From the NCBI GenBank assembly GCA_034780895.1, contig JAUZTB010000127.1:33085752-33149751 (forward strand): a stretch of DNA of 64,000 nucleotides, given 5' to 3'. How positions within the stretch are numbered: position 1 is the first letter of the stretch; every line of letters starts with the position of its first letter. The stretch comes from Rhynchobatus australiae (lineage: Eukaryota). Positions 52,201-62,849 of this stretch are shown piece after piece. A program made the position numbers and the translations under genes. Below the pieces are notes generated by a model, which was not told the DNA's origin, made no database searches, and worked only from the letters and a program-made list of their open reading frames with translations.

Positions 52201-53941
52201 TGAGCTGCATTTTTTTAAATTAATCCTCATATCTTGCAGCTGTTACTCAACCCATTATGCACCATTTCCTGGAGACTGTCTTTCCACATGTACAGAAAGT
52301 GTCTAATTTTCCTTATTCCCCAATTTAACAGCATATGATCATTACAGCAACACATGGGATTCAACTTGTCTCCCATTCTCCTTCACACAGCCAACACATG
52401 CACTAACAAGCAAGCCCACATTATCAACTGTGAATTGTCCTTTTCATTCAGAAATAGTGGTTAAGATTTGAATCTTTTGCAAATTGCGACAAACTGAAAG
52501 AATGCAGGCTCATCTTTGCAGCAGAAGAGATTTGATTGTTCCACCTTGGTTTCTTATAGCCATATTCCAGGGCTATAGCCGACAGCAGTTTCATACTATC
52601 AATGAAATTTGTACAAGATACTAGTCATTACCAGTACACATTTTATCCACAAAATTAACACCACGCTTAACTAAAAGATATACGTATGTAGCATAATTCT
52701 GCAAGAAAATATATGTCGTTTAAGTTGATTTCCTTTTCCAGCTCAGAAACTTATGAACTTTGAAACTGTTGTGCAGAGTTCAAAAAATTGAAATATTTCT
52801 GAAAGATTCTATTTTGCTGAACATTATCACAGAAAAGCAGAACAACAATACATTACAGTGTGTGTAATGGAAAAAGGTTTAAACCCGACATTGGTTAAGT
52901 TCCAAGTACCAGGCAAAGGGGTGGAGACAATTAAAACCTTTGGGATATTATAATTCAGCTTTTTCCTTTTGTGTTGTACAAATAATGTTATTTTAAACTA
53001 TTTACAAAATTCTATGCAACAAAACTCTAATCAAGTAGGAACTGGAGGAACAATGGGTTGGAATACAATCCATTCACCACTGAAATGCTTGTTCGAATCT
53101 AACCCAAAGATCAAATGAAAGCAATCTGACTTGTGTTCCCAGGGGATATGGATCCAATTCACAGCTCGAATTGATAATGACAAGTTACTTAGGTGCCGTA
53201 AAGAAAAAGCCCAAAGTGACTATACTGCAGTGATGTACTGCACACACATTCCAAAAACTCCAAGGTGGGAGAAGCAACATACTGTCTATCCAGTCTTCAG
53301 TTTTCCATTCTTGTTATTAGATCAGAATCTCCCATCAACCTTCCTCTTCCACTGGCTCTGCAGGTGTGGTTTGATGCAAAACGTATCACTCAGCTTCTCC
53401 AGCACCTCAACCATAGGCCACGGCCACTAATGAATGAATTAATCAATTCTACTTTGGCTGCATAAAACTATATAATCTCTACTAACATTTCTGCCTCACT
53501 CACTTTTCTGCAACAACCATAACTCAGCAGCACAAGTCATTTGGTCAATTAACCTAATTCTCCACTCCCCACCCCACAAAAATAGAGCACTACCAAAAAT
53601 TGCATTATTGATGGCAAATCCCAAAGCTTCCATTTCACAAGTCTAGTCATATCTCAGCCTTAATCAAGGAACACAAATCTGCTTGCATAAAATAACTTGT
53701 CAAACTGTCTTTTGAAGTGTCAGTTCTTTAACTCTGGTACCTTTAGAAGCTAAAATAAGTTATTACAAGAACTGACAGAACACAAAAACTCAAGAACAAA
53801 AATACCATCCTGGAATGTTTAATGAATGTACAATATAATGCCCCACTCAAATGCTGATGTTAACACTTAGTAAACAGCAAGCAGTTAAGTGGAAATATTG
53901 ATGGCAATGTAAGATAAGATTTCCTTATTAGTCACATGTAC

Positions 53942-54041
53942 NNNNNNNNNNNNNNNNNNNNNNNNNNNNNNNNNNNNNNNNNNNNNNNNNNNNNNNNNNN
54001 NNNNNNNNNNNNNNNNNNNNNNNNNNNNNNNNNNNNNNNNN
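53942..54041. other. 100-N scaffolding gap of unknown true size immediately upstream of the FLNC block
   Basis: Exactly 100 N. The left flank ends inside a SINE tail, typical of a repeat-induced contig break. Many other 100-N gaps occur in the window. Confidence 0.95.
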
Positions 54042-54143
54042 TGGGAACATTTTAAGTTTTAAAGACCCGAGCAAGCAGTTGTATTTAACTTGGGAGTAGG
54101 CTATCCTTTGTTCTTGATGCACTGTTTTGCACCTGTCTCCCAG

Positions 54144-54296
54144 GTTATGGAGGGCTTGGTCTGTCCATTGAAGGTCCCAGCAAAGTGGACATCAATTGTG
54201 AGGATCAGGAGGATGTAACTTGCAAAGTGACTTACTGCCCAACTGAGCCAGGCAACTACATTATTAACATTAAATTTGCTGACCGCCATGTGCCAG
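54144..54296 (+). CDS. FLNC: Filamin-C internal exon (Ig-like repeat ~19), 153 nt, phase 1-1
   Basis: Acceptor ctcccag| and donor |gtaagt. Translates (G)[50 protein letters not shown](G), a filamin Ig repeat closest to FLNC. Not in the ORF track. Confidence 0.95.
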
Positions 54297-54481
54297 GTAA
54301 GTAACCAGAAAACGAGGGCTCCTTGACACTGTCAGGCCATGGCATGATTTGAACAACAGTGGACTGCAGCAGCAGCTTTCACTGTGATCTGATTTTTTCA
54401 ACCAGCAAGTTACTCAGTGACTGTATGATATAGCAAGCTGCATTTGGCTTGCTACTAATTACCATGTGACTTTTGTTGTAG

Positions 54482-54604
54482 GAAGTCCTTTTACAGTGAA
54501 GATGACTGGTGAAGGGAGAATTAAGGAGAGTATCACCAGGAGACGACAGGCACCCTCCATAGCAACTGTGGGTAGCACCTGTGACCTGAATCTGAAGATT
54601 CCAG
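54482..54604 (+). CDS. FLNC: Filamin-C exon (end of Ig19 / start of Ig20), 123 nt
   Basis: Acceptor ttgttgtag| and donor |gtatgt. Translates (G)[40 protein letters not shown](G); the RRxAPS phosphomotif corresponds to FLNA S2152. Confidence 0.96.
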
Positions 54605-55429
54605 GTATGTACAACCCCTGGGCCAAGGTCAAGTGTCACTTATTGTGGGGCAGAATAAATGTTAGCTGCTCTCTTTCTGAGCAGTTTCCTCTACAATCCT
54701 CTATGCTTGCCATTCATTGTCTTTTGCAAATGGATACTGTTCTTCAACAAACAAGATCCTTGCAGATGTGCATGGTCATGGGTGACAGTGGGAAGCCTTG
54801 TTCAGTCTGACTGACAAGAGGCAACTGCAGCACTTGGACGAGTTTAACTTAAGGGCTATTTGGGGAATTGGCTGTGGGGGATTGTCCCCTTGTCGGAGGC
54901 AATTTCTCACAACCTGCATTTTTCACAAGATCACAAGATAAGGGAGCAGAAGGCGGCCATTCGGCCCATCAAGCCTGCTCCATGGAAATAAGAGGGAGAA
55001 GGACTGGGGGGGCGGGGGAAGGTAAGAAGAGGAAAAAAAAATTATCCCCAATTTCCTGCCTTATCCCCATAACCCTTGATACCTATTTTTATTTTGGGGT
55101 TATGTGTTATAGAAATCTGTGGGTGAGAAAATGGAGGCAGCTGGGTCTAGAAGGCTTTAGGACTTGTAGGGAAAATAGCTTTCAAAAAAGCATTCTCCTG
55201 GCTTTTGGACTTTTTTGGTGACATTGGGTAGATGCTTCAGCTAATGACGATGTCCATGCCTTTGTTGAACAAGACCTAGGCAACATTTAGCCGTGGGATA
55301 ACATTTTGTGCCCTATGAGTTTGAAGTAGTTATCTCAAACATTAATCTGCCCCACTTGTTGGTCAAGAGTATTAACATCTCTAAATACACCAACGTACTG
55401 GGTTTACTGTTGACTTTAAGTACAAGTGG

Positions 55430-55710
55430 ACCATCCAGAAATAAAACAGGAGTAGGCCATTTGGCCTCTTGCATCTACTCTGTCATTCAACAAAATCTTC
55501 TGCCTTGTGGCCACTTTTCTGCCCTATCCCTTGCTTCCTCCAACATCCAAAATGCTATTGATTTCTGTTTTGAATGCAATCGAGGATTGAGCCTCCACAG
55601 CTCTCTGGGGTAGAATTCCATGCATTCACACCCTTCTAAGTGAAGAGATGTGTTCCTATTTCAGTCGTAAATGGCTTACTACTTATTTTGAGACTATGAC
55701 ACCCCTACTT
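55430..55710 (-). mobile_element. CR1-clade LINE 3' tail in a FLNC intron
   Basis: acaggagtaggccatttggcc...gagcctccacagctctctggggtagaattcca...ttattttgagactatgac. A similar tail lies at 54925-55082. Confidence 0.75.
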
Positions 55711-56714
55711 CTAGTATTTTGAGACTGACTTGTTTAAGAATGAAGGCTTGTGAAGAACAGCACTTGCCTCTAAATGATGAAGAAATCCTAAATTTCCACA
55801 CAACTGGCTGGGAATTTCCTGATTACATGGCTGTGTTGGACTTTTCATGAACTCTACTTGTGCATTTCTCAGCATTGCACAGAAATCTGCATACTGTTCC
55901 TGTACCAAACTATACCTGGCACAGATATAAAGTGAGCATATTCATTTGAATGGAGAGGAATGGCTGTAAGGGAGAAGGGTATCTATATTTTGAATTAATT
56001 TAGAAATAAGAAATGAAAGCAGGAGTACGCTATATTGCCTCGAGATGGTTCATCACCACCATGTTAACGTCATTGAGGGAAGGGCAATAAATGTGGGCCT
56101 TGCCAGAGATGACCACATCTTGTATAAGCAAATGCACCTGATTTTAAATGTCTAACCTTAGTTGCCCTTAAACTAAGTGATTTGTCACTTCAAACAATAT
56201 TTAACAGTCAACCATAATACTGTGGGTCTAGATCAGCATGTAGCTAGCCCAAGCATGGCAGATTTCCTCAGTGATTGGTACTGAAGTAATAGTTTTCTTG
56301 ACTACTTGGTAGTTTCATTGTCACCATCATTGCTGCCAAGTTTGTTTTTATCTGATTTGTAGATTTCAGTAAACCAGCTGTCCTGTGTCTTTTAGTCTCT
56401 GTGCCTTAATTGTTGTATTAATAATCCAATGCTACTAGATCCTTAATGATCAGGATGTGCTTCCAAGCAGCCTTCCAATGTTGATTTGAAGAAGATATAA
56501 TTGGCAGTTCCCAACTTAGTGGTCATTAGTCATATCACTGACCAATATTCAGTGACACGTCTGGCTAGTTGAGATGGATTCTTGAAAACTGAGAGCAAGG
56601 TTGGTAATTGAAGGAACTGTTTGGGACTGATTTTTAACACTGGCCCATTGATGGGTTAAAACAGCATGTTGAGGTTTGTATGGCAGCTTTGAAAGGTGTT
56701 CTGTAAACATACAA

Positions 56715-57340
56715 ATGTTAAGAGTAGGAGTAGGCCACTTGCCTTTCAAACCTGCTCTGCCATTCTATGAGCGTGCAACTGATCTGATTGTAATCTCAAT
56801 TCTACTTCCCTGGCTACCATTTTAGTATGTCTGCATCCCTTTTGCTCATCAGGTATCTATCCCAAATGTTCAGAAACTATACTTCCATGATCCTTTTGAG
56901 GAAGAGGTCCAAAAACTTCCTCCTGTTCAAGATCTTTCAGGATAATGTATGTTCCAATCACATTGTCTTGCACTCTCCTGAACTCAAGTGGATGCAAGTC
57001 TAGCTCATGCAACGTTCCTCAACAGACAAGTAGATGTTGGTCTAGTTAACCTGAACTGCTTCCAACCCATTTTCATCCTTAAGGGAACCAATACTGCTCA
57101 GAGTACTCCCTGATGTGGTGTCTTTTGCCTTGTGACTGAAGTTTAACCTCCTTTTGTACTCCATTCACCTCTCAATAATAACAACCTGTTAACTTTGATT
57201 ACTTTCTGTACCTGCATACTATCCTTTAGTGAACCAGACCCAGATCCCTCTATCAGAGCTTGGCTGTCTCGCTCCATTTAGATGTGCTTTTATTTGTTTT
57301 CTGCCAAAATAGACAATATTGCATTCCCCCCCAAACTTCA
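56715..57340 (-). mobile_element. CR1-clade LINE 3' fragment in a FLNC intron
   Basis: gagtaggagtaggccacttgcctttcaaacctgctctgccattc...gggaaccaatactgctcagagtactcc...acccagatccctct. Confidence 0.7.
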
Positions 57341-57402
57341 CCTTGTTGCTCATTGGTTCTGTCTTCCTTCATCTTCCCCCACCTGCCCCCTTTTTCTTTT
57401 AG

Positions 57403-57642
57403 GAAATTGGTTCCAGATGGTGTCTGCACAGGAGCGTTTGACCAGGACCTTTACACGCAGTAGCCACACCTACACACGCACGGAACGGACTGAGATCAGT
57501 AAAACTCGTGGTGGTGAAACTAAGAGAGAAGTGAGAGTGGAGGAATCCACACAAGTTGGAGGGGACCCTTTCCACAATGTATTCGGAGAGTTCATGGGCC
57601 GTGAAAGCCTGGGCTCCTTTACCAATATCCCACGGGCTGAAG
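57403..57642 (+). CDS. FLNC: Filamin-C-specific Ig20 insertion exon (Z-disc targeting), 240 nt, symmetric phase 1-1
   Basis: Long polypyrimidine tract with tttag| acceptor and |gtgtgc donor. Translates (G)[79 protein letters not shown]. This insert distinguishes FLNC from FLNA and FLNB. Confidence 0.97.
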
Positions 57643-57767
57643 GTGTGCATCTGACTGTGCTTAATCAAGAGGGGGTAACATATTTGAAAAGGAAGTGATG
57701 AACCAATATTTATGGGGTGCTATTGCCATATGATTTAAGAAATTTTCTAACTTTTTGTTCTTTGCAG

Positions 57768-58037
57768 TGGAAGTTGGAGCAAAGGAGATGACGGCACAGG
57801 TCACCAGCCCATCTGGGAAGATGGATGATGCAGAAATTATTGAGGGAGACGACAGCACTTACAGTGTGCGGTTCATACCGCAAGAGATGGGCTCTCATAC
57901 TGTCAATGTTAAGTATAGAGGCCAACATGTTCCCGGCAGCCCCTTCCAGTTCACTGTGGGACCACTGGGCGAGGGAGGATCCCACAAGGTTCGAGCTGGG
58001 GGTTCTGGTTTGGAGCGTGGTGTTGCTGCAGTGCCAG
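57768..58037 (+). CDS. FLNC: Filamin-C exon (Ig20 / start of Ig21), 270 nt
   Basis: Branch-point-like ttctaac, acceptor tttgcag| and donor |gtgagt. Translates [90 protein letters not shown]. Confidence 0.97.
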
Positions 58038-58281
58038 GTGAGTTCCTGATGCTTAATGAAATGGCAGATGAGTAGAGAATAGGTGCTACTTGGGGAAGGG
58101 CAGGAATGGGGCCAGTCTTTGGCGGAGGAGGGAAGAGTATATAGGTGTGGTCCGGGGATGGGGTATGGAGAGAGACTGATCACGGGAAAAACAGAATGGT
58201 GGTGTAGATTTGTTGAGGTTATGGAGTATAATTTTGTGTGCCTATCCCTCAGTCACTCACTGCTCTTTCTCCCATTTTCAG

Positions 58282-58419
58282 CTGAATTCAGCATCTGGAC
58301 CCGTGAGGCTGGGGCTGGTGGTCTCTCCATTGCTGTGGAAGGCCCAAGCAAAGCAGAGATCTCTTTTGAAGATCGCAAGGATGGCTCGTGTGGCGTTTCC
58401 TACATTGTACAGGAACCTG
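58282..58419 (+). CDS. FLNC: Filamin-C exon (Ig21), 138 nt
   Basis: Acceptor ttttcag| and donor |gtcagt. Translates [46 protein letters not shown](G). Confidence 0.97.
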
Positions 58420-58500
58420 GTCAGTAAATTGGATGGAATTGTTTGTCTTTTTTAAACCTTCTGTATCCAGACTTGAGTTGAGCTTCTCTTCTTTTTCCAG

Positions 58501-58616
58501 GTGACTATGAGGTATCCATCAAGTTCAATGATGAGCACATCCCAGACTCTCCATTTATTGTCCCGATTGCTTCTCCCTCGGACGCTGCCCGCAGACTCAC
58601 CGTTACCAGTCTCCAG
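58501..58616 (+). CDS. FLNC: Filamin-C exon (end of Ig21 / start of Ig22), 116 nt, phase 1-0
   Basis: Acceptor ctttttccag| and donor |gtgtgc. Translates (G)[38 protein letters not shown]. Not in the ORF track. Confidence 0.96.
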
Positions 58617-59382
58617 GTGTGCACAAGGCAGGCACTGAATGTGGCTGTGTTTCAGAGTGGGGTGGGGGCAGGGTTTTTGTGGATTGTGGGGGATGAGAAG
58701 CTGCTGGTGCAGGGCATTGAACAGTGCTCAAAGGGGTTTCCGGAACTGGGAGGCAGCAGCAGCTGAGAAATCACGGGAGGAGCTGGTGCCCCCACTACAT
58801 CTGGTCTGAATTGACAACCAGACTTTTTCCCGTGATGACTTCATAAAGAATGAGTTTTTTTTGCAGAAGTTAAATGGCAGCTGATTTCTGTTCAGCACAA
58901 AGCAGCCTGCATTACACTTGAGAATTGCTGAGCCTTGCTCTACTCTGAGAGGACACAGGATGGCTGGTGTGTAAGATTGTTCCTAGTTTCTTGCACTATC
59001 ATGGGCCACCTGGCCCCTCAAGCTTGCCCTACCATTCAGTGTGGTGCAGCTAGTGGAGCTGCTGCCTCTCAATGTCAGCACCCATGACCAATGTGAGATG
59101 AAATTCCTACATACTTCAGTTTTAAATGACCACCACCTTTTCTTGTAACTGCTAGTTGAAATATCGAGGTAGAAAGCTTAACACTATACCTGGCCTTGGA
59201 GTGATTGTTGGGACTCTGCAGATGGAGCTTTCCTCTGTCTAAACTATATTGCCTTTGCCTTGGCGCTTTTTTTTGATGGACAGTGTAGAGGCCCTTCACA
59301 CTCCAACTTGAGATGCTGAGCCTTGGGCAAATGGATCTGGAATGTTTGCCCAGATTTTATCATCTATTTAATCTGTGTCCAG

Positions 59383-59515
59383 GAATCAGGGTTAAAGGTC
59401 AACCAACAAGCCTCATTTGCAGTTCAGCTGAATGGAGCAAGAGGAGTGATCGATGCAAAAGTTCGGACCCCATCTGGGGCTGTGGAGGAATGTTACATGT
59501 CAGAGCTGGATAGTG
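59383..59515 (+). CDS. FLNC: Filamin-C exon (Ig22), 133 nt, phase 0-1
   Basis: Acceptor tgtgtccag| and donor |gtgagt. Translates [44 protein letters not shown]. Confidence 0.96.
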
Positions 59516-60247
59516 GTGAGTGACTGGGGAGAATTTTGGTGGGTGGGTGGAGGCTTGCCTCCTGCACTATACCTCCTTCTGTTACCTATTCACTAGTTCT
59601 TTCCCTTGCCCTCTGTCCAGCCACACAATGGTTAACACAGTAGCAATGATGAACAGTGATTTTTGTCATCTGATTTCATGGTGATGTTCTGGTGGGGCAA
59701 TCCGAGCATGCAATTCCTTTTTGCAGATCCCCACAGGGGAGGGGGGAAAATGGAGAGTTGTCTGTGTCCCAGGCTTGGACAAGAACAAGATATGGAGCAA
59801 AGTGGGGCAGGAGGGAGTAGATACAACACCCAGTGGAAGGGGGAGGTGGGAGCCAGTGCAGCTGGATGTGGTGTATGTGGCTGAGGGCTGTTATTGATCT
59901 GACCCAGAATAAGCAATTATTCCCATACCATGTGCTATGGCCTCTTGCAGCAGCTGCCTGGGGCTTAAGCTGTAACACGAGATCCAGGCCCCTACAGCCT
60001 TCAGTAACTCAAATTCCAGAAGGACAACTCAAGGTCACTTAACTCGTGCAGAGCTATCTCCTCCTGCCTTTTTTTCTGAAGCTTTGTTTTTCCAATTTCT
60101 CTTTTTGTTGCACTGAAATCCTATAGCTTCTCCCACCCTCCCCACCACCACACTTGCTATCTCCTCCCACCCTCGCTCCCTGTGTATGTGTCATTGTTGC
60201 CTCCTTACTCTGACCCTAGAGGTCTATCACCGATTGCTGCACTCAGA

Positions 60248-60261
60248 CTGCCACCTACTGG
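60248..60261 (-). promoter_or_regulatory. Candidate CTCF site
   Basis: Minus strand CCAGTAGGTGGCAG matches the core consensus CCASYAGRKGGCRS at 14/14 positions. Confidence 0.5.
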
Positions 60262-60494
60262 TAGTGAGAAGATCTCCAGGATTTGATAGGAACTGTGGAA
60301 TAAATCTTGGACATAAGAGGCTCTAAGTGGGGAAACAGCTGCTTTATGCAGAGAAGACCACTTAATCCTTCAAGAACCTTAGAGCACGTTGGTGACAATG
60401 GCAACTAGACTGGACTATCTGAAACTGGAGTTTGCATCTGCCCTCCTCTTCCCATGCGTGCACCCCTTTCACCCCTTTTTCTCCCCCCCCCCAA

Positions 60495-60786
60495 AAGATA
60501 TCTTTTATTAGTCACACGTACATCACAACACAGTGAAATATCTTTTGCATAGAGTACTTGGGGAGGGGGGGGCAGCCCGCAAGTGTTGCCACGCTTCCAG
60601 CGCCAATGTAGTATGCCCACAACTTCCTAACTTGTATGTCTTTGGAATGTGGGAGGAAACCAGAGCACCCAGAGGAAACTCACGCAGACACAGGGAGAAT
60701 GTACAAACTCCTTACAGACAGTGGCCGAACTGAACTCAGGTCACTGGCACTGTAAAGCATTATGCTAACTGGTACACTACCGTGCC
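60495..60786 (-). mobile_element. Near full-length tRNA-derived V-core SINE
   Basis: Minus strand GGCACGGTAGTGTACCAGTTAGC (A box), GAGTTCAGTTCGGCC (B box), V core GGAGTTTGTACATTCTCCCTGTGTCTGCGTGAGTTTCCTCTGGGTGCTCTGGTTTCCTCCCACA, and tail GTGACTAATAAAAGATATCTT. The same tail is at 53910-53941, directly before the gap. Confidence 0.92.
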
Positions 60787-62849
60787 TAAGATTTTGGGTC
60801 AGCTTTTGTTCTATTAGCCTGGGAGTAGCCAAAAGGCTGCTACTTTTTTTTTAAAAAATGGATAATCAAACAACCATCTTAGTTACAAACAACCATGTAG
60901 TTAAATGTAGAAATGGAATTTGGACCCAAAACACTAGTTGTTTCTTTTTCTACAGACATTGCCTATTCTGATGAGTGTTCCAGCTTTTTCTGCTTTTATT
61001 ACTGTAGGAATCCATAAGTTGCTCTCCCTAAAATCACCTCAGCATCAAGTGCTCTACTCAGGTGCATTGAATTGTTGTTGTACCTACTTTTGTTGTAGGT
61101 ACAACAATTAAAAGATGTTGTACCTACTTCATACATGGAGTAACATTTTGAGGCTTAACCCTTCTGTTAAAAGGAAGTGTAATGGACAAAGCACATGTAA
61201 TATTTCACACACATGAATAAGCTAATTCTCAGTACAAGATTTATAAATTTATTAGTTTATAATTTTTATTCAAAATCTTAGTTTTTGTTTAGTTCTGCAA
61301 TTTCCTCTCAATCTAACATTTCCTTCTGTACCCAATTTTTCATTGAATGTACTGTTCTTCCCACACCTGGAGTTGGCACTCATCATTGATGACTTTTCAG
61401 TCTGGCCGCTTAAGCAGTCATATGCCCTATTATGATTTGCCTTTTGGACAGTTGGACAAGAGGAGGGAAGTAAAAAAAAAAGATAAATCTTATGGGCCAG
61501 TCATTTCCACTCCAAACAGAAATCACCTCATTACCTTAAAGAGAAACAAGGAAAGATGGCCCGTTAAGATTGACCTCTGGCCTGGTCACAAGTACATTTT
61601 ATACAGAGCAACCAACCTCAGTTTAACTGGTAATTTACCTTCAAACAAAGCAGCAACGCAGTTGAAGAATCATTGCGTTATTCAAAGGAGGCCTGCACTG
61701 GTGGAAAGCTTTAGCAACTATGGGTCTAATGTTAAATGGTCTTCCCCAACATTGCACACTTTCCACCATGTTAAGGCTTTAACTATCACCCCACAGTGCA
61801 AATTTATGAACAGTCATACAGACAGAAATAGGTCCCTGGTACACCATGTCCAAGTATCTACACCAACCCTACACTAATTCCATTTTTCCTCTTGCATTCT
61901 AATCAACTCTCTCCCTCCCTATACCTCTGCCACCCACCAACACTATGGCAATCCATCTACCGTTTGTCATTTCCATAAATGGATGCTTCAAGGTTCCATC
62001 TCATCCCCCGGAAGGCCATTATGCCAATTAATAATAAGGGGCCAGATCTTGCTGGCACAGACCTACCACTACTGCCCACACTGACCTGCTCTGTAAGGGA
62101 GCATTGCTTGCTAAAACAAAACTGAATTAAAAGGGAACTTGAGTCCCCATCCTTTCATTCCCCGCAGCCCCACAAACACCATAGATATCAACAGGGTCAT
62201 GGATCTTATGCCAGGTACAAATATGGGGTCAGTTCTCCAGAAGTCCCATTAAGATTGGGCTCTGCTACAGGAATGCAGAGAATCCTGTGCAGAACAACTG
62301 ACAGATATGACACCTGGTATCATTAAATTCTGAACTTCCTGTGTTAATTCCATCTGAGAGAGCCCCAGGACATTCTACAATTTAAAGAATAAATGCAAGT
62401 GGTTCTACTTGGAACAGATGGTGTTTACTAGGCCAATATTTCTGGAGATCAGCCTTGAATTCATGCACTGGCCATATCTCCCAGCAGCATGAAATAACCA
62501 GTTCTGGTCTAAATACCTGGACCATTTAAGATCCTTAAAGCAGCATAACATCATCTTGCAACCATTCAGCTTTCCAGACCCAAATGTTCACTAGTACTAC
62601 ATGCACACAGAGCCACTGTGCTTACAAAAATTCCACACTCCATATGATTTAATAAAAGGTACAGACTGTGATATACTGACAATTCCCCTCCGTGCTTTTG
62701 ACAACTTCGGCACATCCCTAGTTGTTATTAGTCAATTAAATGCATTCAGTGTAAAATATTTAAAGGACTTGCTGATAAAAGGTCATCAGGTTCATGGTCA
62801 TGCCCTCCAAAAATAGATTGGAAAAAAATTAGAAAATATTGAACACCTT

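Noticed and set aside
54144-59515. FLNA/FLNB identity, or a processed pseudogene
   Set aside because: The Ig20 insert exon is FLNC-specific. Introns are present with intact GT-AG sites, and there are no stops or frameshifts.
60720-60786. tRNA gene
   Set aside because: The A/B boxes belong to a SINE head that continues into a V-SINE core, and there is no cloverleaf. The same applies to the other SINE heads.
61347-61877. 176-aa plus-strand ORF
   Set aside because: No recognisable domain, noncoding-like composition including an A-run, and a 3' end in repeat-like sequence.
61974-62040. ATAAA...AGGTTC...ATCCCCCGG resembling the missing next FLNC exon (DK...RFIP)
   Set aside because: No AG acceptor, the frame is inconsistent and no ENG...KFNG...GSPF follows. 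Chance similarity.
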